From NCBI RefSeq assembly GCF_009914755.1, contig NC_060925.1: a stretch of DNA of 64,000 nt. One strand, 5' to 3'. The DNA comes from the human T2T-CHM13v2.0 reference genome, Homo sapiens. Below, in pieces: positions 51,880 to 64,000 of the stretch. The translations under genes were made by a program, and so were the position numbers. The number at the start of each line of letters is the position of its first letter. Position 1 is the stretch's first letter. The notes beneath the pieces are model-generated. The model saw nothing but the letters and a program-made list of their open reading frames with translations, was not told the origin of the DNA and ran no database searches.

Positions 51880-54674
51880 TTAATCTATCAAGAGCTAGAA
51901 GAAAATACATAGTATAAAACACCGAAATTATAGAAAGAGAACATTCTAAGCTAAAACAGTGAGATAAGTCACACAATAAAAGCTGTTTGATTGAAATTAC
52001 AAGTAAACTGTCTGATTTAACTACAAATACAAAGTATTTGAAAGAATTAAAATTGAAAGGTAAAGAGCAAACTAGGAAAAATATTTATAGTAAGTATTAT
52101 ACAAAAAGGGCTAATATCCTATTCATCGAGGTGAAAGAACTATAACTTTCTATAGAACACAAGTCAGTGAGATCATTTTTCATATCACAGTAATCACCAC
52201 CACCTTGAGAAGCTACGGAAGATGTCGCTAGGATATTTCTAAGTTAAAGATGTAGAAGACAAAGGGGTTAAGTACGGAGAGCAAACATTTTGGGCACAGC
52301 CAGGAGAATTTGTGAATTGGCACAATTTACTTTCACCCCAAACTCACCCATTCTGTACAACACAGGGGACCAGAAAATGCTGCTAATGCTAATGCATATT
52401 TTCATGATATAAAGTCAACATGACATGGCCAGATTTGCACATTTCCAGATAATGATTAATTCTTCCAGCATGTGCAAACTCTTGCTTCCAAATACTTACA
52501 AAATGAAGCTTCTAATCTTTAATTTAGGGGTGTGAGTATAGTGGTTTTGATGTTTGGCATTCAACAATTCACTTGTTGTGTTAAAAAAAATTACAAGTCA
52601 TATTAAATAATAACAGAACAAAACAAAACATTATTTCAACCATTATTCCCCAAATCTAGCAATAAGAAAACAGCAAGGGGAATGCATAAGTAATTCTTAA
52701 ATAAGAATTTCATATGGAAAGTCTTGAAAACTCAAAGAATCTAAGGTGCATTATTAATTTTTTCAGTTCAAATTTTACTTAGCGATCTTGCTAGTCAAGG
52801 CCCAAATTCATGTAATTAAGTATCAGCACCTTGTGCAGACACAGAGTAATTTTTAAAAGCTTTGACTTTGCATGATCTCATAGACTGGTTTTATCAGACA
52901 ATGGTTCTCTAGGTTAGATACTAAATATTAATAGATCATATATTTGTTTTCAACAGTTCCAAAACATTTATCCTCAGTTATCGACTTTTAACTTTGAATA
53001 ATGGTAACTAGTATTTGACTACTTAGTGCAGCAGCTGGCTGATGGAGTAACTTTTTACAGTTTTTCAGAGGGAGATGGAGTAAGAAGAGAAAGAGAGTTA
53101 AAAGACACTTGGAAATTTTGCCTAACAGCTTTGGTCATAAAGTTTTAGGAAGTTCAACCAAGTCTTCTCAACCCCCTTCTCCAAATAAAAATTTCTTGTT
53201 CATAGCCACTCAAATGGTCAAACACTCAGAAAGCCAAGAAGAATAAGTAGGAAACACATTTCAATGTGCTGATGCTAATATACAAAATTTTAACTTCAAT
53301 CATCTTACCATAATTCCAGAGAACAGTACATAATAGTGTGATTCTATTTACATATAACAAATAGGGAAATGGCCTTTCTAAAACCCAGTTATTCAAGCAC
53401 AGCTAATATGAGGGCAGAGTACCTTATGTCAGCGTCAGAGAGGGAAATGGTTCTGAAGTCAAGAGCATCTGAATCAGCCTCCAAATGTCAGATTGAAAAA
53501 ATGAAAGAAAACGATTGTTATCTTTCAGGGACTGAAGTGGGAGCTGAAGTGCTCTCCCTCAATTAGGCAAAGTGTGGTACAGCTGATTAACCTGAATGTT
53601 ACCTTGGTAACCCAAGAATTACACTGTAAATGAAATATGTTCAATGATGGGTACCTTTAATCAGCCAAGAGCCACATGAGCATTTTGAGCAAGAAAGTCA
53701 TAAATCTTAGGTTTCTAGCACTTTAATCATTCATGAAATAACAGTCTTTTTTGACAAAAGGCAAGCATGGCCACTAGTTATTAAATAAATAGTAACAGAA
53801 CATGGGTTTTAGTGTAACCATGAAACACCTAAGGCTTTGACTCCGGGCTTGATAATTGTAAAACAGTGCCTATGGAATAGAGGTATTAACATATTGACTG
53901 ACATATATAAAGCAGAGATTACTAAAAATACCTTGTGATTTTTTCAGTGGGGCCTAGTTTACAAAAGGCTATGTTACTACAATATGTCAAAAAAAGTACT
54001 GCTTTCCTTACTGCTTTCCTTTTTTAAAATCCTGCATATGAAGGAATAGAAAATACTGATATTTTTTGCATTAACATTCTTTTTCTTTATATTATCCATC
54101 CCTTAAAGAGGTTCCATAGAACAGATAAAGTATAAATCCTGCTGTGTGTACATGTGTTACAGTTTTTCCTCTATAACCAAGCCAGTATAGTATAAAAATA
54201 ATAGTAATAATTAGGTCCTGGGCCCCATTCCTTTTGTGCACTTCTATTGAATTCTGAAAGCCTCTTGGCCTTCCAGGGTGCTGGGAGCACAGATAAACAT
54301 TTGAAAACTAAATGAAGCTTTTAAAGTGCTGAAAACTGCCTCCAGGACATGCTTGTGACCATCATCTTGAACTTGAGTCTAAAGAGTAAAGTCCTAGGGC
54401 CATACTTAGAGCTTTAAAGACACATTTTAAAATTGATGGTGAGTCTTTTAAAACCTGTGATCAGGTGTGGGGGAAGAGGTCAGTCATTCATTCCTCTTTG
54501 TGGCTATGTCTTTGCTAAGGGACACTTCTTCCAAAGATCTCATTGCCTTTAGTTCTGCTAGATGGAGAAAGATATGCAGACAGACAGACAGACGCAGAGA
54601 CTTATACCAGTTCTCTCCTCCCTTTAGAATTTTTATCTTATTCATTTAACTCTGAATCCCACATCACCCTAGCA

Positions 54675-54830
54675 AAGTTTTTCTCAAAGGGTATTCTAGA
54701 AAATACTCTGTGAGACATTTACAGGATATCTTCATCAAAAGGGTTCAGGGCCAAATGAAATACTGGGTTAAACAAAATTTAACATGTTTCTTTACTAAGG
54801 ACTTTGTGGATCCTTTTGTGTTAAAATTCA
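54675..54830 (+). mobile_element. MER103C-like hAT DNA transposon fragment
   Basis: aaaagggttc...atactgggttaaacaaaatttaacatgtttctttactaaggactt. Confidence 0.55.
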
Positions 54831-55149
54831 TTAGCCTTCTTCCACACACTGGGTATACGGGGGCAGGGAATAAAACAGCCATGGTCCCTGTCACCAGGGA
54901 GGAGCATTGCAGACAGCCCACCGGATGTGTAAGTTAAAATGTCATCTCGCGTTTCATTTGGCACTTTGTTTTCCAAGGTCCTTTGATATCCTTTGCACAA
55001 TAGCTGTGGGAGGTAGTGGCTATTAATATCTCCAGTTACATACACAAGTTAACTTATGTTTTTTATCTTGATTAATGCTATCACCTTTTCAGGAATACAG
55101 GCTTGAAAACTGACAATCCTAGTCTCTCTCTCTCACCCTCGAAGCCAGT

Positions 55150-55820
55150 TGTTATCAAATTCTCATAATCTTTGTGCCACATCCATACTTATGCCCGAGT
55201 CCTAATTTATACTCTTAATTCTTCTCATTTAAACCAGTAATATCACCTCTCAATTAGTCCCTCTTTTGCAAAAACCCCACATCCTCCAAACACACACACG
55301 TACACTTCTGCCCTGGTATATAGCAATACAAGCTATCCCACACATTGCTCCCAGAGTTTTCTTAGCTGCTTCTTCCTTTGGTATGCAAAGACCTCCATGA
55401 TTTGACTCCAAAATTAATGTATACAAACTTATTTCACAACAGTCTTCTCTTCCCCTCCCCTGGCTTTTACCCACTAAGTTCCAGCAACATCAGTCTACTT
55501 AAGTGTAAGCTTGCCAGGAAGAGCTTTTGTCCCACTCATGCCAAATAAAATGCCATCCGTTTTTCCAGTTTAAATCTCACAGCCTCATGAAGTCTCCTCT
55601 GCCTCTCATATTCAGAACTGCCTTTTGTTCCTGTGTTCCTGTAGCACTTCATTTGTGTTTCTAGCACAGTACTTGTCACAGTCCACCCTGTATTCAAAGC
55701 TTTTTATGTTTTTGTCAGTCTGACCTCCTACCTTGTGAGACTCTGAAAAAGAGAGTGAACCTTTTTATATCACCACCTGATACCGGACACATAGTAGGCA
55801 CTCATTATATATTTGTTGAA
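55150..55820 (+). mobile_element. L2 3' fragment
   Basis: cctgtgttcctgtagcactt...ttgtgagactctg...cacatagtaggcactcattatatatttgttgaa. Confidence 0.65.
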
Positions 55821-56229
55821 AGGGCTTGAAACAAATTAGATGAGAATGACTTTGATTCCATAGCAGGGTATAAGCAATCATCATTATGAAAACAGCTCTG
55901 GTCAATAGGCTGACCAGAGGTGCCTAACTAGACATATACAGATAAATTCAAGGGAATAGTAAGACATTTCAGGTGCGCTCAACAAAATAAAACCACTTCT
56001 TAAAGAGGTAATGTGCCAAATTTCAGCTGGAATTGATGTTTTTAGTGACCAGGTATTCCTCAGAAAACATTGAATGGAAGTAATATATTGGCAGCCAATT
56101 GAAACATAATCGGTTTTTAACCACTTACAATGAAATATTGCATTACAGGGTCATTGTTTCTGTTTTAATCACCTCTGAGTTCAGATAGTCCATATACCCC
56201 TTCCCTTCTGAAAGATTCTACACATACAT

Positions 56230-56718
56230 TGAGGCAGAGGTGCTAATTTTCCCTAATATTCACTCTCGTCTTCTTTTTGTTAATGAAAGTTCTCTCTGGA
56301 GTTTTAGCTAGGCATATAATTGCCCAGCTAGGGACTATATTTTCCAGTATTTGAATAAAACACCTGTGACCTTGGTGTTTATTCTGGCCAATAAGATTTA
56401 AGCAAAAGTGATTTGTACAACTTCCAGGTCATGCCCTTGATGGAAACTGCTTACTGTCCATGTCTTCTTTTCCACTCCTTGTGGGATGAAACCCTGGTAT
56501 GACAGCAGCCATTGAGATGAAGTCAACACCTTTGAGGACAGAGACACAGCATGATAGAGAGGATCCAAACCTCTGGATCAGCTCATGGAACAAAGCTACC
56601 CTACTGCCCTGAGACTAGCTCAGACTTTCACATAAGAGGGAAATGATTTTACTATTTTGTTTAAGCATGAATTGTTTCAGTTGCTAATAAAGCAGCCTAA
56701 CCAACATCTGACCTAAAA
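56230..56718 (+). mobile_element. ERVL LTR33-like solo LTR
   Basis: gagttttagctaggcatataattgcccagctagggactatattttccag...ttctggccaataag...gcaaaagtgat...aacttccaggtcatgcccttga. Confidence 0.7.
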
Positions 56719-57744
56719 AATGCTGTTTTATATGTCCATAGCACCTTAAAAACTTTACCCCCTCAAAAGTCACATCTGGCACCTGGAAGTGTATGGCATG
56801 AACACACTAATATAAGTTTATTTATCAGATTATTAGTCCATTTTCCCCAAAAAAAGAAAACAGAGCCCAAGAGAAAGGAGCACAGACAGTTACATTTTGG
56901 TTTGAGAAAAGCCATAGAATGAGGTTATAGTGTAGGTCTCTCTGTATGACACTATTCCCTCAAAGAAAGACATGGAAGAAAAGAAAGAAGCAGCAGGGAT
57001 GGAAAAGTTGGAGGGAAAGTGACCTATTCCAGAGGTTTATCAAACAGATGACCATGTCGTTGTTCATTATACTGAGAGCTCCTTGAGGGAAGTGGCACTT
57101 CTTTTTCCCTAAATCTTATGATACATTAAAGGCAAATGATAAATGTTTTTCAAATAGAATAAATAAATGAATAACCAACTGACAGTAACTGATCAGTTTT
57201 CTACTTAAATACCTAATTGCCTATTAATCACTCGTCCATCATAATTATTCTAATAGGAGTTTAAAAAAACTATTAAACAATTTTGAATTTGCTACAACTG
57301 AGTAGCAATGAAATCCTCAAGAGTCTACCTGACAGAGTGATATCAGGAAGCGACAGGCAGCAGCCAGAAAGGCAGGTAGCAGATGCCAAAATTAGGAGGC
57401 ACTTTACACTCATCCAGATGAAGAACTGTAAAAGGAGTGATGGATTGCTGCACAAAGAGAAACCTTTAACTAGGTTTTGCTCAGCGTGGCATCAAGTAAG
57501 TACTATTGGCTGCATTCAGCAAAGTAGAAGTGTCTGTATGCTGAGATGTCAGCTTGTAAAAGTGTCAGTCTCCAAAATAAATCGAGTAGCAAATGAAAAT
57601 ATGTAAATAACTATACTTGATGCTAAAAACACCGAGTAAGAAAAAAGCCATTTTAAAGGAATTTTCCTTGTTAACCACACAGCAAGTTGGGCTTAGAAGG
57701 AGGGTTTTCTAGATTAGCACATGAAGTTTTCTGGTTTAATATAA

Positions 57745-57950
57745 AGTAGATGGTGGTTTCAGGGGCTGGTGGAAAGGGCACTGATAGGAGAGGCCAAAAT
57801 CTGGGGCTTTGCCTTAACTCTTTTTTAATGACACTACCTGTGTCAAGAATTTTTATCCCTCTCACTTTGTTCCATCCTCATAAAATGGAGACTGAGAACT
57901 TACTTCTTTCCTTTGCTGCACCTCATCTGCTCACAAAGTTTAAAAATCTG
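57745..57950 (+). mobile_element. MIR fragment
   Basis: ggaaagggcactgataggagaggccaaaatctgggg...cctcataaaatggaga. Confidence 0.55.
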
Positions 57951-58149
57951 ATAATGACACCACAATTATATGCTCAAATTTGGGGGTGGGGGTGGTAGGG
58001 CCACACTGTTACCCAGAGAATAAAGTATGTGTCTTCAGGGAAGTTAGGCAGGATCCATCACCCCACAAACACAACCAATCATCTGCTCAATGGTGCTAAC
58101 ATGAATCAAAACCTTACCTTGTGTGGCATAAAGGGATACAGCACAGGCC

Positions 58150-58315
58150 TGAGGCAGCTGCATGATGGAACAAATGAGACCATCAGCCTTAAGATCAAGA
58201 GATTCAGTTCAAATCCTAGTTTAACCCTTCATTAAATACATGACTTCAGTAAGTCCCAGTTTCCTCATCTGTAAAATGGGGCTGGGGCTGGGGCTGGGGC
58301 TGGATTATCCATAGG
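58150..58315 (+). mobile_element. MIR fragment containing (GGGGCT)4
   Basis: agttcaaatcctagt...cagtttcctcatctgtaaaatgggg followed by GGGGCT repeats at 58278-58301. Confidence 0.65.
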
Positions 58316-60624
58316 TCAGCTGAAATAAATAAATGATAGAAACAGGTTGTCTACCACACAAATAAAAACATGTTTTTTCCAAGTACGAGTAGAAACACAG
58401 CCTTGTCAATCAAAACAGAAATCCTGCTTCTCTGCAGGTGGATGAGAAGAGAGATAATCTTATCTTCATTGCATAATCAGAAGAGCTTGTGCCTCTCAAC
58501 ATCTGGAATCCTGCGCCCAAAGTTGGAGCTCCTGGGGGCCCTCCATAATCAACAGAAAGACTTAATAAATTTCTATTTATAAGTGAATTTTATTACATTG
58601 GGCCCCAACTTTTGCCCACATTTCTATCCAGTTGATTCCCTCAGCTCTGAAATACTTCAGAAATTGTGTGGCTGCCATATTTTAAAGGGTGAGGATAGGG
58701 GATCAAGAATTGAAAATGTTTATCTCCCATCTTCACTTTCTCACCCTCCTCAATGATTCACAATTGCTACAAGTTCTCCAAGTGCCTACATTACATAAGG
58801 CCAACTGAAATGCCCACTTTATGATATTAACTCATGAGGATATTTCCCCCTTAGGTGATCTGAATCCTGATTTTTCATCTGCATTTGAAAGAAGCATTTA
58901 GGATCAAATTCATTATATGGCTATTTCTGAAAGACATACCTATATTTACATCCGCCTTCTTACTAAAAGACATATACTTCCACAAAATTATCACCTCCAG
59001 TGATCTGATCTAATTCTGTCAAATGGCTTCTGTTATAAAGTTTTCCCTTAAGGATCCCTTAATTATGACTTCACTCTCTTCCTTGGGCATTTTATTAAAC
59101 TACTAATCCAAATGATTATAATTAGGAAGTTCCCTATGTTGGAGGAGTTGAGTTGGTTACAAGGCCACCTGTTGCATCTGAAGTAATTACTTAATGGTGA
59201 ATAATTCGGCGGGCTCAGGCCAAGAGTTTCCTCAGGATCATTCCTAATTTTCTACTAGATTAATGTCTTCTTTCCTACACATATAGATTTTCTGTCATGT
59301 AAATGTTCTTCCACTAGTACTGCCTCTATCTTGCTATCACTGAGCAATTCTCTACAGGTAACAAGAGTCCAATGTATTATGCATGTCCTATTGCTCTAAT
59401 AAATAAAAGGATTAGCTTGTTTACAGCTGCCAGTGAGGTCTGTTAATTTGGCATTTCATCTGGCTATGTTTGACTGCAGAGACTAAAATGAAGCCTGCCT
59501 TCATTTTTCATCTCTCCAGAAACATAAAATGCACAGGCTAATTGCTCAACTATCCAACTTTGGTGCTTGAAGTGAAAAATATGAATCTATATCTTTACTT
59601 TTTCTTCCCAGTCCTTTTCAATATCATTGTTGGGTTTTTTCAAGGCTGAACAATCTCTTGGTTAGCTACATGATTATTTATTCTTGTGATTCTCACAACT
59701 TGCAGCTAAATACTTTACTTAGGAAAAAATCAGATAAAATATACATTCCCTAAATTATACTTTCAGAAACAAAGCCTTGATTATAATATTCACAACCTTA
59801 ACAGCTTCCTGGAAGGGGAAAACTCCTTTCACTGGGCCGTCTAAAAAGCAGAGACTGCTTAAGCTGATTTCAAAATATACTTCATGAAACTTGGTAATAT
59901 TATGATACTGAAACTTCCAGAAAATTTCCTGTTGCAATATAATTCAAACATATACTTTATTATTGTATATTCTAATTTCTCAAATAATTTCCTTTAATTT
60001 TTTTCTTCATCTGTTGTTTTCTTTCTTTACTCCTTTAAAAATCTATTTTGGACTTTCTTATTCTTTTCCTCATATAATGCCTTCTTAACTCTTCTCCCAT
60101 AAGATCTTTTCAGAACCTCTAGAGGACACCCAAAACAGGAAAAAAGAACAAGCTACCACCTGCAACAAAAATGAATGACTTTTCAAGTCACTTTCAACCA
60201 AGTATCAATTATTCTTTGATTCAATTTATGTTCCTAGACCTTGAACTAGGGCTGTAGCCAGTGGGAACAGAAGAGATGAAACAAATTTGTTAAAATTAAA
60301 TTCACCAATAGAAAACTAAAAATAACCCCAAATGAGATACTTATGACACAGAGAATTATGATCACATTGCCTTCATGTCTCATATGCCTATAGTATTTTC
60401 TGAAAGGCACAGCCACCAACAAAGGCCAGCATTTATACTCCTTTGAACTGTTTTGGATCTGGCATGAATCTTGCAAAGCTTGGTTTCCTAAAATATTTAA
60501 ACAAAAAAGTAGAAAATAAGTCTTATGTCATTTCTACAAGCTACCTAACACTTTGAACATTGCAAACAAGTAAGGTGCAAGAGAAAAGAAGTGTCCAGTT
60601 GCTCATATCTGACACAAGCTAAAA

Positions 60625-60855
60625 GAGTAAATATTTATTGACTGCTCATTATGCAGCAGACATAAGGCCAAGGGCTCCCTTTATCCTCAAAACAACCCTG
60701 TCAGATGAATACTGCTTTATCCTTATTTTACAAAAGGGGAAACTGAGACTTGGAGAAACTAGGCAATTTGCTACAGACCAAACCATAACAGAAGTTGAGC
60801 CTGAATCTAAACCCATGCCTGTCCATGCCAGAACCCAAGTGCTTACCCATGCTTA
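60625..60855 (-). mobile_element. MIR SINE
   Basis: atttattgactgctcattatgc...atcctcaaaacaaccctg...attttacaaaaggggaaactgagacttggaga. Confidence 0.8.
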
Positions 60856-62139
60856 AAGCCAGAAGACTAAGGTTTGAAGCTAATAGCCAAGGTATTTATT
60901 ATGATTCTATTCTAATAGATTAGTTGTCAGGCAATATTAATCACACTAATAGGCCCCCAATCTTTCAGCCTACATTGGAACCCAGTGGATATTCAATAAA
61001 TTAGAGCATAATGACGATGCCTTCCTCTTACAATTGCCAAAGCAAGTCCAGCCCAGCTGCCAGGAATATTACACCATCAAATAAATCCAACGCCAAACAC
61101 GATTCTTATGTTTTGCCAGCCAGGTGGCCCTGTACATATGGCAGCCCTGCTCCCTAGCAGGAGAAACATAGGGGGAAACAACCTGAATGATGAAAAACAG
61201 CAGGCATTTAAATACTTCCACTCAGACAGCAGGTAGCTTGTTACCTGAAATGCCCGGGATCCATCATTTGGCAACGAGAGCATGAATACCAGACGCTGAT
61301 TTCAGGAACACAGCAGGAGAATACCACTGTGAACAAATTCATGATGGAAAGAGATGTTTTCTGTTTCAGATCTGGGTTATCTAAAGTATGCCATAGCCCT
61401 TCCCATATTATACCCTCCTCAGAACTTTTCTCAAGAAATCTGAACAGGTCCAGATCCGTCTCTCTCTGCTGCCACTTTGGAGAGCTGCAACACAGCAGGG
61501 TCTAACCGAGTCTAGCAAGCAACAGAGGCACTTAATGCATTGACCTTATGTGGGGCTATTGGAAACCTCTGACTCAGCACACCAGCTCCCCAAGGGACGG
61601 AAGGAGGCATTGCTAGGTGCGACAATCTACCTGCACAGCAAGATATTTTCTTAGCAAGGGGTTTTATCCGATGACTTGTGGCTAAGAAACACCATAACTC
61701 AGTTATTTATTCTATTCCCTTCTCTTCTTCCCCGCCTTATTCTTTTGTCCCATCCTCCTGCCTTCTTGCAAACAGCAGTGGCCTAATCAATAAAGTTCTC
61801 TTAGTTTTACAAGGAAATTTGACAGGATTATTAGAAACCACTAAGACCCCAGACAACACTGTCAATTCAGGCTCCACTTTTGAGGTTTTTCAGAAACATC
61901 ATTTGCAGATTACTCACTTGAATAGAGGCTAGTTGAGGACTACGAGTTGAGATGATCTGATCTATACCAGAGTTACCAAAAGGCATCAAACAGCAATAAA
62001 TTGGTAGACTAAAACAAGATGGCTCTTGCCAACTGTCTATGTTTTTCTCACGTAGAGGTAAATGCAACTCTGATTTGCAATCCATGCTGAGGAATGTTGT
62101 TGTTTCTTTGAAGGAAGGAGGGGTGTTGTTTTTGTAAAA

Positions 62140-62600
62140 GGTGTTTATGTCTGGTTGATTTGATTGCAACGAGCAGAACCTCACTCAAACTGACTCAAGA
62201 AAATGTTAGGCAAGTGACAATTAAGTTAATGCAAAGATACATTGGAGTAATAAAAAAAAGATAGTGACATTAAAGGAATTAGATAACTGAAACAGGATTC
62301 AGCAATTCTACCTTCCGAGTCCTCTGGGAAACAATGCATCTCTCCATCTCTCTTAGGGTCTTTGTGTTCTGTCTATGATTCATGCTGGCTGCTGGTTCCT
62401 CCCCCGTCTCATCTATCTGCAGCTTCTTTGGCTTTCCTTAGCCTGCATATGGTCCATCGTGGTCTTTCTCCACTCCAAGACATTTCTTAGTATAACCTGT
62501 CCTGTCCCACCTCCTCAATTTCACCTCCTCAACTCAACCTGTTCAATTTCCCAGAAGAATCCAACTGACCCAGTTCATCTTCTCAGACCTGGTTCCAAGT
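62140..62600 (-). mobile_element. Old MaLR LTR (MLT1N/O-like)
   Basis: gattgcaacgagcagaacctcactcaaactgactcaag; caatttcccagaagaatccaactgacccagttcatctt. Confidence 0.4.
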
Positions 62601-63755
62601 CTCTCCAACGATCTTCTCCTGATGTCAGGCTGAAATAAATCTGTCTCCACAGAAAAAGATGCAAAATAATTATTAGCCAGACACTTACTTGGGAGGTGAG
62701 GGCACTGGAAAAGCAAGGGGGCCTTATGTGCATTTCATTGCCACTGTAAATATATTTTTTTATTTATATGATTTTATACTCCTAGCTGATCTCTTAAGTT
62801 GTTAAATTACCTACAGGATAAATTCAGAATTAGGTTACATTATTGACCCCAATCTACAACTTGGGACAAATAACTTTAGTAAGCCTATCTGTAAAATGGG
62901 AGTATGTTACTTGGCTGCCTCTTTCTCTTTCATGAAATAGACAACAGATGCAATGAATCAGCCCTTGGATAATCTCAGGTGAGAGTCTCTTTGTAGACAG
63001 GAGGAATTGCTGTTTCCCCATATCACTGACGTGCGGATTTCCTGGGATCACAGCTGCTGTTCACCTCCTCTAAGACCACTGGCAAAGCTTCACATCCAGG
63101 TATATACATACTGAAAATCTACTTCCTGACAGTTTCCTAGAATGGGCTCCCAAGATAAGAGATTAGCATGGAAAATGATATGAGCCCCAAATCTAGCTTC
63201 CCATTTTCCTAACAACTCCTCCTTTTGCCTGCGTAGTTTTGATGCAGACAATCATTTGGAAAAACTATGCACAGGGGATTTTGAAATTTCTGAGTTCAAA
63301 TGAATTAGACATACATAATTAGAACATTAGGTAGTATTTTCCAGGAGTATAAACTGTACTTGAATCTCAGTGACAAGCTCATGAAGATAAAACTTAAACC
63401 TACCCAGTCCCATGAATATTGGTATCTTGGGCTAAGGAAAGTGCATGCTGATGAACTGTTAATGCTAAATGATGATAAAGATAATAACACCTCTCACTGA
63501 TTTAGAACTATATCCCATTCAACATTCTTTCAGGACCATTAACACATAGATTCTCTGAAAAGAAAGAGACATGAACAGTTGGTGCTCCAAGATAAGCTTG
63601 TATTTTTTTATGTACTCCTCTACCATCTTCCTAAATATTGCAGACTTTATATAGTCGTGTGTTCTGTAAAGGAAAAGTTTATTGATGGAGAACATTAATT
63701 TAAAATATATGTTGCTACTCAGTCTAATTGTTGTCCTTATAGAAAGCCAGTCTCT

Positions 63756-64000
63756 CACACATAGGATAAAAATAAAGGGATGGAGGAAGATCTACCAAGC
63801 AAATGGAAAACAAAAAAAGGCAGGGGTTGCAATCCTAGTCACTGATAAAACAGACTTTAAACCAACAAAGATCCAAAGAGACAAAGAAGGCCATTACATA
63901 ATGGTAAAGGGATCAATTCAACAAGAAGAGCTAACTATCCTTAATCTATATGCACCCAATACAGGGGCACCCAGATTCATAAAGCAAGTCCTTAGAGACC
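63756..64000 (+). mobile_element. Young L1PA, 5'-truncated within the ORF2 endonuclease domain; continues past the window end
   Basis: aaagggatggaggaagatctaccaagcaaatggaaaacaaaaaaaggcaggggttgcaatcctagt...tatgcacccaatacagg, very close to L1HS/L1PA ORF2 as I recall it. Confidence 0.93.

Noticed and set aside
57283-57606. 107-aa ORF in unique sequence
   Set aside because: Non-ATG start, no recognisable homology, and a length within chance expectation.
59485-59507. Short hairpin AAAATGAAG-N5-CTTCATTTT (similar 7-9 bp stems at ~9862, ~17257, ~20534)
   Set aside because: Expected by chance in AT-rich DNA; not terminators or miRNA precursors.
59760-59860. Minus-strand acceptor-like site tctctgctttttag|ACGG at 59840
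   Set aside because: No good donor nearby (only GTTGTG or GTATAA).

Overview
Primate (human-like: AluY/AluS, L1PA, THE1/MST) AT-rich, gene-poor, repeat-dense DNA, either a large intron or intergenic. No intact protein-coding gene, RNA gene or CRISPR array is supportable. The long ORFs are decayed LINE-1 ORF1/ORF2 fragments or chance ORFs in repeats. Main repeats: a near-full-length L1PB-type element (1-5.8 kb, minus), a three-layer nested L1 block (28.9-36.7 kb, plus), a 5'-truncated young L1PA at the right edge, two full Alus and a FLAM, several solo LTRs (THE1, MST, MLT2, LTR16, LTR33, MLT1), many L2/MIR relics, and a ~20-unit 32-bp minisatellite. Subfamily names come from my recollection of consensus sequences, and boundaries of old repeats are approximate. 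Best non-routine observations: (i) a well-formed 23-nt minus-strand microexon candidate (48193-48215) of an unidentified host transcript; (ii) a 161-bp segment copied exactly 1000 bp upstream, bracketed by a ~27-bp target-site-like duplication, whose source ends 2 nt from a consensus 5' splice site; (iii) several template-switch scars and re-used retrotransposon target sites. I see no evidence for a new multi-gene biological system.
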